Below are positions 32,611 to 47,536 of a stretch of 64,000 nucleotides of DNA, piece by piece. This DNA is from the human T2T-CHM13v2.0 reference genome, Homo sapiens. The stretch lies in assembly GCF_009914755.1 (NCBI RefSeq), contig NC_060942.1; one strand, given 5' to 3'. Made by a program: the position numbers and the translations under genes. The notes under the pieces are model-generated. The model made no database searches and was not told the origin of the DNA. It saw only the letters and a list, made by a program, of their open reading frames with translations. Position 1 is the stretch's first letter, and every line of letters begins with the position of its first letter.

Positions 32611-33385
32611 TGAACCCAAGGGAGTTTTTCACTCCTTTTATGGAAATGTCTTCCCTACTAATTTGCATGTCATTATGGGTCATTTATCAATAGTTAAATG
32701 GATCTAATATAAATTTGGTTGATTAACCAATTATATGTCTTTCTTCATCCTGTGACTTGATATAATTTTAATAATTCTTTTATAATTTTGATAATTCTTG
32801 AATTTTCTATGAGGTTGGAAGTAGGACAGTTGGGAAATACAGAAACTTAAATCCTAAATGGATTGACTGCTTTTTGTTAATTGTTAAACAAATGTTTTGT
32901 CAAGGCAATAAAATTTGAAGCCATCTGTACATTTTCCAGTTCCTTATTTCGATAGATAATTGAAAGTTAATTCTAAATTTACTGTCAATTCCCTGTTTTA
33001 AAAATCACATCAGGGCACTTGAAGTACAAAAAAACTGAATATTCTGTTACTTTGGCCTTGATTACTATGGAAATCAACTGTCATCCACATACAGTCACCT
33101 TATGTGATCCCCAGACTAGTTTGATGGGATTCTGTCTGAAAACTATGTTGTTATACAAAGGGATCTGAAAAAAAAAAAAAAAAAAAGCCTACTGTTCAAT
33201 GAATTGGTGCAGAACAATCACTGGTGTCCAGGGATAAGTAAGAACACTAGAAAATAATTGTAAGATAGTTCACTTTCTCTGGGTCTTCATATTATCTAAG
33301 TGCTTATGGGAATCATCAACCAAATACTATCATCAAAAAATCCCTTGGTCTACTCATAATGTGATTATAGAATGAGGAGCTCCTG

Positions 33386-34727
<1,342 letters not shown>

Positions 34728-35293
34728 TTAAAGTGAATTATTTGAATGTGTTGCTGTTTTACTGTACTCTGTCATCTCAGAATTGCATAAACAAGAAATA
34801 CAAGTATTGACTGTCAACCATGGATTGTTGAATATTTCTTTTCAAGCTCTCAAATGATGTCTTAGGCAGATTTCCTAACTTCCTTGTCACTCCAGTTATT
34901 GAAGGACAGTCTAGTTCCATTAAAAACTATCATCTGAAATTTAATTAAAGATTCTCCTTTCTCATGCTCAGCTAGATATTTGGCTCTAGGGACTGGGGGT
35001 CAGAATTTGTTTTCTCAATCCTCCAGTACATTGGAGTGAAATGGAACGGTGGGATTGAGAAGAAGCTGGAACAAAGTCTGTTTCAGAAACACTGTTACAT
35101 CTTTTCCCCTTCTCTCCACTTTTCCTGAGCATGTGAGAGAAGAGGGATGGAGTGAAGAGGGAGGGGAGGTGAGGATAAAGAGAAGAAAGTACCATTTGAA
35201 GTTCTTCATAGCTTTTGTGGACACGTGGGCTAACCTCTATGTGGTATCCAAATTCTGGGTCTCTTATGAAACAGAAGTATGACTTATTTATGG

Positions 35294-35828
35294 CAGGGGT
35301 ACTCAACCCCTGGACCATGGATCAGTACTGGTTCATGGCCTGTTAGGAACTGGGCCACACAGCAGGAGGTGAGCAACGGGCAAAAGAGCAAAGCTTCATA
35401 TGTATTTACAGCCATTCCCTATCACTCCCATTACTGCCTGAGCTCTGCCTCCTGTCAGACCAGCAGCAGCACTGGATTCTTATAGGAGCATGAACCCTAT
35501 TGTGAAGTGCACATGTGAGGGATCTAGGCTGCACGCTCCTTATAAGAATCTAATGTCTGATGATCTGTCACTGTCTCCCATAACCCCCAGATGGGACCAT
35601 CTAGTTGCAGGAAAACAAGCTCAGGGCTCCCACTGCTTCTACATTATGGTGAGTTGTATAATTATTCCATTATATATTACAATGTAATAATAATAGAAAT
35701 AAAGTGCACAATAAAGGTAATATACTTGAATCATCCTGAAACCGTACCCTGCCCCCTGCCCCCAGGTCCATGAAAAAATTTTCTTCCATGAAACTGGTCC
35801 GTGGTGCCAAAAAGGTTGGGAATGGCTG
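35294..35828. mobile_element. MER1A (hAT-Charlie)
   Basis: caggggtactcaacccc...ggcctgttaggaactgggccacacagcaggaggtgagc...gtgccaaaaaggttgggaatggctg; ~535 bp; degenerate 8-bp TSD. Confidence 0.9.
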
Positions 35829-37809
35829 CTTTGTGGGGCCTTGTAGACCAGGCCCAGTTCCATGATGGGAGACATGAAGTCCAGGCTTACCACCTAACAC
35901 AGCTCTTCCTCTTCCGTCATGAGGCCTCTGGGAAATTCCAGCAAGGGGACTGAAGCCCAGCCAACTTTTCACATGCCCACTTGGCCCACAAGAATCTCCT
36001 ATATCCTTGCCAGACCCAATGGTGAGAGAGCTTGCACTCTACCACTGGCCCTCTCTCAACCTTGCTCTCTTCAATTACTTTTTCCTCTGCTTAGATAGAC
36101 TCGGGGTAGAACAGCAAGCCCACTGCCTAAACAGGCTTTCGCCTGGGGAGTGACAGAAAACAAATCCCTTTTGCAGGAACCTCCATATTTTACAAGTGAT
36201 TCTTCTTCTAGCTTTGTTCTTGACTGGATATCAGGGAGGGGAGAGCACCTCCACCTCCCACTGAAAGGGATAGAATTGCCTCACTGCCCTAAGGAGGTTT
36301 TGCCAATGACTTCTAAGACACATCCTTCTAACCTTTTCCTTTCGTCTTTTATATACTGAGATGACATTAAGTTGATATCTCTTAATAAGTCCTGGGGGAA
36401 GGTTTAATCCCAAATGATGACTGTTTTCTTTAAAATAAAAGAGTACTTATGCCTACTTGTCCTCAATTTGAGGACCTCGTTGCCAATTTTGTAACAAAAG
36501 GAAAGTAATCCTCAAAGTCCTGCAAGCTATACTTTATGTTAAATTAAGTATTCTTCTCTCCTGCTTAAAAAAACAAAATTCAACATAAGTGAACAGCATT
36601 ACCAAGAAACATTATATTTAACAATGGGGTTCCTGAGTAGGCAATAACTATGTAAGGAGAGATTACTGTATGTTAAATTCTATGATTTGGACTTTTATAC
36701 ATTATTTTGCCTAATCTTCACAAAATACTTTGAGGTAGATGCTATCATTCTTTTCATATAGTAAATGAAGTAACCAAATTAAGAAGGGTTAAATAATGTG
36801 CCCAGATTTCAGAGCTAGTATCACAGCCAGGACCAAAAAAATCTGACCCCAAATTAATGTTTTGTTGATCCAGTTTCAATTAACTCATGTAATACTTTTA
36901 TATAAGTACTTTTCTTGTTTTGCGCCCATGAAATTAGCTTTTTGGATAAAACCAGAAATTAGTTTACAGTATTCATACTTTAGCTATGGAAAAGAGAATT
37001 GAATCAAGCAATTGCTGCATAAACAACAACAACTAATTTTATTGAGAGTTAATTTTTTATTTTACTCATTCTTCCCTACTGCTGGTATGCAAACTGCTTA
37101 AACAAAACCTACTTCATTCTCTAACCACAAAAATAGAGGATGCCACTAAAATATCTAGGAATTAAGATGATAAGTTATTGCTTCATGATACATCTCTTCT
37201 ACATCTAGTGGATTTCAAAATTATTTTCTTTACTTAAAAGTTTACAATAAAGAAACGAAAGAGTTCAGGTCTATTTGATCTCTAGGACTTACAAATAGAA
37301 TTTAGTTTCTTGAAATGGATTTATCCTAGTCTAATTTCACTACAGAAGCACCACAGGATTATGTTACTTAGCTTCACTTCGGAAGAATGAACAAGTAAAT
37401 TTCAGCATGTGGCATTTGGTAGTATTCAATTTCTAAAAATGTTCAATTCAGTGAATAACATCTATAAAAGAGCTACATAACACCAAATGGGCAATGTGAT
37501 TTAACACTTAACTTTTTATTAGTTATTTTGAATTATATACATGTCTATTAAATCCTGTATTTAAATTTCCCAACCTCATTTGGACCAATGGTAAATAATG
37601 TCAGGTGGCAAGTTTATGAGACAAGCCACAAAGTGTTACTACCAAAAAATTTTATGCTTCAAAAAAAGTAAAAGGAAAAAATCTTGTTTAACTTTTCAAT
37701 GAATTCATGTAATATCAAGCACAGTCTATTTTTAGAATAAAAAAAAAAACTGAAAACCCACACACAGACACCCAACAATATCAAAGGACTTATTTGAAAA
37801 CTATGTTAC

Positions 37810-38146
<337 letters not shown>

Positions 38147-38329
38147 CTAGAGTTACTTTTTTGGAGTGGCAAGAAGAAGCACATTAGATAGTGTTTTAAT
38201 GTTTGCTTCTACTGTCAAACATAATTTTGAAAACTAAAGAGGAGGAAAGTCTGTTGTATTTAATTGATATTTTCACTCTTTCTGTTGTTCATTTTTCCTG
38301 TTTGATTGTCTGAGATTCCTCTTACTACT

Positions 38330-39174
<845 letters not shown>

Positions 39175-39209
39175 AAAGCGATGCTTTTCTAATGTTGCCA
39201 CTTTATTTC

Positions 39210-39333
39210 TTTTAGTTTATTTTGTTTTTAGAGATGGGGTCTCACTGTTGAACAGACTGGTCTCAAAACATCCTCCTGCCTCGGCCTCCATAACAGGTGC
39301 AATCACAGGCATGAGCTACACACTCAGTGGTTG
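39210..39333 (-). mobile_element. Alu left-monomer/FLAM fragment
   Basis: agagatggggtctcactgttg...cctcctgcctcggcctcc...caggcatgagc. Confidence 0.75.
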
Positions 39334-39613
39334 CCATTTTAAAACCCACACACTTTTAAATGCTCTGGTCTCCTAGGAAACTTTTTTAGTATTTTTACCA
39401 TTAGGGTGCACTTCTTTGGTAGATGGTTTTAGGTCAGTCTTGTGATCCTTATTTCCCTCTTCTCTCTTCTATACAGACTTTCCAGATAGCTGGCTTTTCA
39501 CAAAGACTTTGTGGCTGTAGCTTGAGAAATAGCTTTGCTAGAAAGTATTATTTCTCTTTGTACTTACAGGAAATTTGAAATGTATCCTCTTTTCTGTTTT
39601 GTGATTCTGCTGA

Positions 39614-40000
<387 letters not shown>

Positions 40001-41004
40001 TAGATTTAGGAAGCTTCCATGACTTCACCTATGTGGACTTCTCCCAGTATAATTTTTTATTTTAAATTGTAGTAATTATGCTGTTAATTTTTTAAAAAAT
40101 GCATGCATATGATAAAAAATAAAAAGAATAAAAAAGTTTCAAAAAATAGTAAGTACCCAAAATAGTAAAACATATGTTTGCCTCTTGCCTATCCCAAATT
40201 CCTAATCCCTTTCGCAAAAGGAAAACAATGTTAAAAATTTTGTGTATAACCTTATTACATAGATATAGGTGTGTACTTATATATATATATATTCATATAC
40301 ACATAGAAATGTGTGTCACAATATGGTTTTATATGCATACTACACAAATGGGAACATACACTATTCAGAACTTCAGTTTTTTTAATACGTATTATAATTA
40401 ACTTTTCAAATCTGCATATATCCATTTTTTCTAATTTTTAGTGACTCTTTAGTATGATATTTTATGGAATCCTAATAAATTTATGTAAATATGTCTGATC
40501 TTATTTTTGAAGAATGCAGTTTATTTCTTGTGGGTTTTTTGTAATAAAATTTAATATGGTTGGGCTTAAAGTATTAGTTGAATGAATTCTAGTAAATTAA
40601 TATAGTGGAATATTACATAGCTGTTAAAAATTATACTGAGTTATGTATTAACAGAGAAAGATTTTTGTGTTACCTTTTATAGCAGGTTACAAAAAGTATG
40701 CATGATATAATGCCATTTTTGAAAAATATATTAATGTACGCTCTCCCACTTTCACATGTATAAACATATGCAAAAATTATAAGCATCAAAATATAAATAA
40801 TGGTTTATTGTATGCAATGAGTTTAGAGTTTATGGTTAATTTCATTAAGATTTGTACAATGAAATAGATTCAGGTAACAAGAAGGTAGATACTATCATAG
40901 AAAGCATCTGTAAGACTGAAAAGGCATTGGAATGCCTGCTAGAAATTAGGTAAAGTGTTGCATCCTTGAAGAGGGCATGTTTCTCAGGAGTGTGTATTTT
41001 TTAG

Positions 41005-41121
41005 GTCAAGACACTGAGGAAGCAGGGAGCTCTATGTCCACTCTGGAGAGGTCGCTGGCTGCACGCCGAGCCCCCCGGGCCAAGCTCATGATTCCCATGG
41101 ATGCCCAGTCCAACAATCCTG
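41005..41121 (+). CDS. DCC: DCC internal exon (exon 25, 117 nt, phase 1-1), cytoplasmic domain
   Basis: tttttag|GT CAA GAC...AAT CCT G|gtgagt; (G)[38 protein letters not shown](A); in frame with both neighbours. Confidence 0.97.
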
Positions 41122-41447
41122 GTGAGTCAATATTGGTGCCACAATGAAGAAATGAAATGCTTTCTGTATGTATCTTTTCTATAAAAAATCAAATTATCAA
41201 AAGTAATTATAATTTTCCCTGAACTTTCTGGACAAATGGAAATGAGGAATGACTAAAACCGTATCATTAATAATTTGAAGTCTAAGTCTTCATTCGTTAC
41301 TGTATTTTTTTGTATACAATCAGATGGTCTGTTGGCAAACAGATGGATATATATTTAAGAAATTGTTTGTAAAATATATGAATTCACATAAAAGAGCTGA
41401 TATATATTTTAATATTATTGATCTTATTCTAATAATCATCTCCATAG

Positions 41448-41809
<362 letters not shown>

Positions 41810-43351
41810 TCCATAGCTTTTTAAATAAACTTTTTAATGAGTCTAATTCTCACACTTAAATAATCTAGCTCCTTTAAAGCAGATGTTGACAGACACCCAC
41901 TTACTACACACCCCTTGTTGAAGTTTTCTGTCATCCTCCCACATTCACTGAAGATATTATTATCTGAGAATCACTTCCTTTCCCATTACTTCTATGCTCA
42001 GTCTTGGTAATTACAGTATTCATGCAGATAATCCATCTGATACCCTAGATGGTTAGTTCCTCTATGTTGCCTGCAAAGATATTGATTCCTTCCCACCTCA
42101 ATTCATAAATTCCATGTCACACCAAATCAAACCAGTACAAAATCTCAGTTCCTATTACCTTATTAGTTCCCTGCTCACTTTATTGCCCCCTTGCCATCAA
42201 TTCTTCAATCCCACCAGGACCTCCAATCCATTAACTCTGCCATTTCTTCCCATCCCTCATCCCCTTCGTGTCCTCATTTATCTGCAAGCTTAACTTAGGT
42301 TTTATAGTCACTTATTATCTTCAGTCTCATCTCCCTTGGTCTTCCTTCCCCATCTTACTCGCCTGAAAAAAACCTGGTAAAATAAGCAGCTCCCCAATTC
42401 TTACCCCATTCCCTCATAGCTAAATGTATCTGGAGAAAAACATATAGCCTGCTTACTGAATATTTATGACCAAAAGTCCAAGGTGAGCTCTCACTATTTG
42501 GAAATGACACTGTATTTCTCTAGTGGTTCATAGTTACACTTTATAAGATGAATGTCTTATATGTATTCTTACTTTTCAGATTTCAGTATCTCCCATCTTT
42601 CCCTATTCTTAGCTAATAATCTTATATCAGGAAGAAAAGAAAAGCATTCAGAAAGTGGTATCCTTGTCCTTCCATCAAATCTAATTGATCTGTTAGTGCT
42701 GCTCTCTGAGTGTCTTGTTGAAATCCCCTCTCACCCATTTAGGGACTCTTCTGTAATTACTCCTTCCCTTTCCTGCATCATCAGTTTTTTTTCCTTATTT
42801 ATCACTGCAGTAAGCATACAAATATTAATATTCTGTCATAACTCCTGTTTTATAACACTCAATGCCACTTCCCCCTCCAATTGAAACCATATTTACTGAA
42901 AAAAATTTCTAAATTATCTGCACTTTCTCCTCTATCTAAGCTTTCTTATTAGTTTTAATAAGATTTTTACAGTCACTCTCCACTGAATCCATGATTGCCA
43001 AGGTTGTCAATAATCTCCACATTGTCAAATCCAATGGTCAAGTCTCATACTCTCAGAAACAGTTGACATAGGTTCTCACTTATTTCCCTGAAACACTTTC
43101 TCTTTGGCTTGCAATGTACTAGATGCCCCTGGTTTTCTTCCTACCCTTCTGGCTGCTCCTCCTCAGTATCCTTCATTTATTTCTCTTCTTCCTCCTGATC
43201 TCTAAGAGTCAGAGAATGCCCCAGGGCTCAGTCTTCAGGTATCCTCTCTTTTCTCCCTACACCTGCTTCTTAGATAATGTCATCTAGTATCAATGGCCTT
43301 AAATAAATATTATTAAAATGCTGATGAATCCTGGAGGACATTATCCTGAGG

Positions 43352-44049
43352 CAGGATCTCTAGGGCAAGGGCAAAATGCCACCAGTCTTTGCTAAAACAT
43401 AGCAAGAGTCTCCTTTGCTTCATTTCCCAATAATTTCCTCATCACCATCTGAGGACACCTCAGCCTGGACTTCATTGTCCATATCACTACAAGCATTTTG
43501 GTCAAAACTGTTCATCAAGTCTCTAGGCAATTCCAAACTTTCCCACATCTTCCTGTCTTCTTCTGAGCCCTCCAAATTGTTCCAGCTTCTGACCATTACC
43601 CAGTTCCAAAGTCACATCCACATTTTCAGATTATCTTTATAGCAGTGCCACACTCTTTGTGGTACCAATTTACTGTATTAGTCCGTTTTCACACTGCTAT
43701 AAAGATACTACCTCAGACTGGGTAATTCAAAAAACAAAGGAGGTTTAAATGACTGACAGTTCTGCATGGCTGAGGAGGCCTCATGAAACTCAGAATCATG
43801 GCGGAAGGTGAAGGAAAAGCAAGTACCTTCTTCACAAGCCAGCAGGAAAGAGAGAGAGAGAGAAAAAACGAAGGGGGAAGAGCCCCATATAAAACCACCA
43901 GATCTCATGAGAACTCACTCACCATCACGAGGATCATGGGGGGAACTGCCCCAATGAGCCAATCACCTCCCACTTTGTCCTTCTCTTGACATGTGGGGAT
44001 TACAATTCGAGATGAGATTTGGGTGGGGACACAGAGCCAAATTATATAA
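43352..44049 (-). mobile_element. THE1D-like 5' LTR (43674-44049) plus ~320 bp of internal sequence
   Basis: tgtattagtccgttttcacactgc...gatgagatttgggtggggacacagagccaaa; 43352-43673 is the reverse complement of sequence homologous to ~47875-48195. Confidence 0.9.
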
Positions 44050-44284
44050 ATCAACTTACTCTGTTCAGAAACTCTAGTTTCATGCCTCTTCATTCTGATT
44101 TCCTTATACCCTAAATTCAGTCTTTTACCAAATTATTGTTTTCAAAACATTTCCCAAATTTGACCACTCTTTTCCACCTTCACTGTTTTGCCCTTATCCA
44201 AGCTACCATCATCTCTTACAGATTACTAGACTACAGCAATAAGCTTGTAACTAGTCTCTTCTTTAGCTTTTTGAAAAACAAAAA

Positions 44285-44548
44285 AACTATTCGTATTTTT
44301 TGTGGGTACATAGTAGGTATATATATTTATGGGGTACATGAGATGTTTTGATACAAGCATGCAATATGTAATAATCACATCGTGGAGAATATGGTATCCA
44401 TCCACGCAAGTGTTTATCCTTCTTGTTAAAAACAATCCAATTATACTCTTAGTTATTTTTAAATGTACAATTAAGTTATTATTGACTACAGTCACCCTGT
44501 TGTGCTATCAAATAGTAGGTCTTATTCATTCTATTTTTTGTACCCATT
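44285..44548 (-). mobile_element. L1MA/L1PB 3' end fragment
   Basis: tgtgggtacatagtaggtatatatatttatggggtacatgagatgttttgatac... Confidence 0.85.
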
Positions 44549-47536
44549 AATCTTCATTAGCCTTTGCCTTTACAGTCAATTCTCTACACAGCTGTCTCTC
44601 AATATATAAATTAGATAATGTTGTTCCTCTGTGACTTCCATCACATGTAGAAACAAAATCCACCAATTTTACTATGTTCTACAAGGTCCCATGTGATTTA
44701 GTCTCTGGGTTTATCCCTCACTTTATCTCCTATTGCTCCTTTCTGTAATTCATTACAATCATGTAACCTTCCCCTGTGTTCCTTGGATAATAGGCATATC
44801 TCAGTTCAGGGACTCTGCACTTGCTGTAGTCTTTGGAATCTCTTTTTGTAGATATTTACATGTCTTATCCCCCATTTCTTTCAGGTCTCTATTCAACTAC
44901 CACCTTTATAAGCAGGTCTTCCCTGACCATTGCCTAACACAGCATCTCTGGTCACTCTCTACTTCTCTATTATGCTTCATTTTTCTTTTTTAATGCATTA
45001 CACTATTCTATTTGTGGTTTTGTGTTTGTTATTTATTTGCTTCCTGTATTTTAATATAATCTTTATAGGGGCAAGGATTATGCCTATTTTGGTCATTTTG
45101 AGTCGCCAATACCCAGAACAGCACCTGGCACATGGTAGGCATGCACTCAATACCATTTAGTCAAATGAAAGAATTAATAGTTGTTTATTTTTACTTACCA
45201 TATGCCACATCCTCCCTATGCTCCATTACATCTTCTCTCAATTTTACTATAATAAGTGCAAAAACTTACATAGCATTTATAATGAATGCCAGCTGTTCAA
45301 GTCATGTAGTAAGCACTATTGTTATGCGTCTCATTGTTAGGTTCTCTCATTTACTAGAGAGAGAAGAAAGGATTGGAGAGTTTAAGTAACTAGCTAGCAG
45401 TCACACAGCTAGTACGTGCTATAGCCAGAATTTGGACTCAAAAGGTCTGATTTCAGAGTTCAGTGTTCTTAATCATTATGCTCCTAGCTGTCATACCCTG
45501 TGAAGCTATTGTCCTTTATCTTTTATACCTTTCACTACTGAGAAAGATACTGTGCACTTAGTTGCCTTTTTTCCCCTCTAGTTGCACTCCTCTTGTATTA
45601 ATAACTAAGTTCTATCTGTGCCAATCATTTATTGCTTTCTTCTCAAACATTATTGTACTTTAGAATCTGTGGAGCCTTCCTGTCCCATCTAATTAGAAAT
45701 ATCTTCCTCATCTAATAAATTCCCATATGCCATTGCTTTTTCTTTCACAGTATCTTTGAATCCCTGGCTATCCTCCCATTCTCAACTCTTTTATGTCTTC
45801 TTTGTGACTTCACATCTAAACTGCCAAGACAGCTTCCTAGCTAAGTCTTCCCGGCTCTAGCATCTTCCAGACTCTTAGGCATCCTGCTTGCCAGATTTCT
45901 TCCTAAAACAAGTTAAACATGGCATCCCACCCCATACATTTCTCCAGTGGCTCCCATTTGTCTGCCAAGAAAAACAAAACAAACCAAACAAATTTTTAAA
46001 AACGTTTTTAGCATATCATATTGGAATCTAGATTTCTGTTACTCTATCCTTATATGTACCCAGACTCATGCTAAGGTAGACTCATTGCTGATCCACAAAT
46101 ATGCACTGTCCTTCATTTGTTTTTTCCCTTTACATATTTCTTTCCTTTTGAAATGACTCAGTGGATAGCTCAACCTAAGAAGTTTTATGTATCCTCCAAA
46201 GACCAGAGTAGATATTGATGCTCTTACAAATGCTTTTCTGATTACTCCATCTAGAAATAATGACTCCCTTTTATATGTTTGAATAACATGTTCTTGTAGC
46301 ACGATATAGCATTTATTACACACAATACTGCCTTATATGCTTAGGCTTTCAAGTACAAATCTTCCCTCCTCCAACAGCTTGTGAATTACTTCATGATAAG
46401 GATGTAATGTATCTAATTCATCTTCATATTCACACATTTTATTGTTTAATACCTAGCACAAAATTGGTGCTTGCTAAATATCTGTCGAATGAAAAAACAA
46501 ATAAATGTATTATTAAAATGCCTTCCTTATGTTTGTAACACATCAATGTTTGGAGAGCTCTTTTTTTGTCAGTTATAAATAGAATGTCATCTAACAAAAT
46601 TGTCTGATGTATTAAGAGCAGTTAAACTTGTTTTCATTAAACAGAAAAGGAAATAAGAGGCTTAGAAAGAGAAAGAAAATCTAACAAGTATGAAAATGTT
46701 TAATATTATTCACTTGGTAAATACCTTGCTAATTATTATTTTCATTTAATCCTCACAATATTATCATGTGGTAAGATTATCCTGATTTTACACATGGGAA
46801 ACAGCGACTCAGACAGCTTAAGCAACTTCCTCTAGGCTACCTGGGCAACTTCAGAACCTCTACGGTATACTGCTTTTCCAAAGATAAATATGGCTTTTAT
46901 CTCCTAAATTATTCATATCCTTTTATTTTTCAAAAAGATTTTCTGAAGGTGCTATCTCCATTGTCTAAACATGGAAGCTGAGGCTCTGAGAGTCTGAACT
47001 TGAAACCCCTGCTTGATCCATCTACTCTACTATATTGCTTCATACTGTTATCTTGAGCTCTGAGTTTTTGTAGGCCTAAAATAACAAATCTTCTCTTAGT
47101 GACTTATTCTACATGAATGGAACCCATAAAATTACCAGAAATTAATTTTTGTTATTTTTGTAATTATCAGATAACAACACATACATGGTTTTAAACCATC
47201 ACATAGTTTTCCAAAATTTATAAGAATATTCTGATTCAGCAATTCCATTCCTAGATATATTCTACTCTTGGATATGTACCCAATGGAAATATATAAAATA
47301 TTAGTCAACAGGTGCATATAAGAATGTGGGTTATTTGTAATATCACATCTTCATTACAATAGATGAATATAGTATATTCATATAGTGGAGTACAATGCAG
47401 CAATAAAAATAAACTAAAATTATACAAAACAATATGGATAATCTCATGGGTGTAAATTTGCAATAAAGAAACCTGATGCATCTATATAATTCAATTTATG
47501 TAAAATTAGAAAATCAGTAAAATAATCCATGGGGTT

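Larger units (their letters stand above)
42000..45175 (+). mobile_element. Long L2 remnant interrupted by THE1 and L1MA pieces
   Basis: caataatctccacattgtcaaatccaatggtca...cctgaaacactttctctttggctt (L2 core) and 3' end cacctggcacatggtagg...aatgaaagaat; boundaries approximate. Confidence 0.75.

Noticed and set aside
40981-41004. Alternative acceptor TTTCTCAG 17 nt upstream of exon 25
   Set aside because: Out of frame and no additional support from sequence alone
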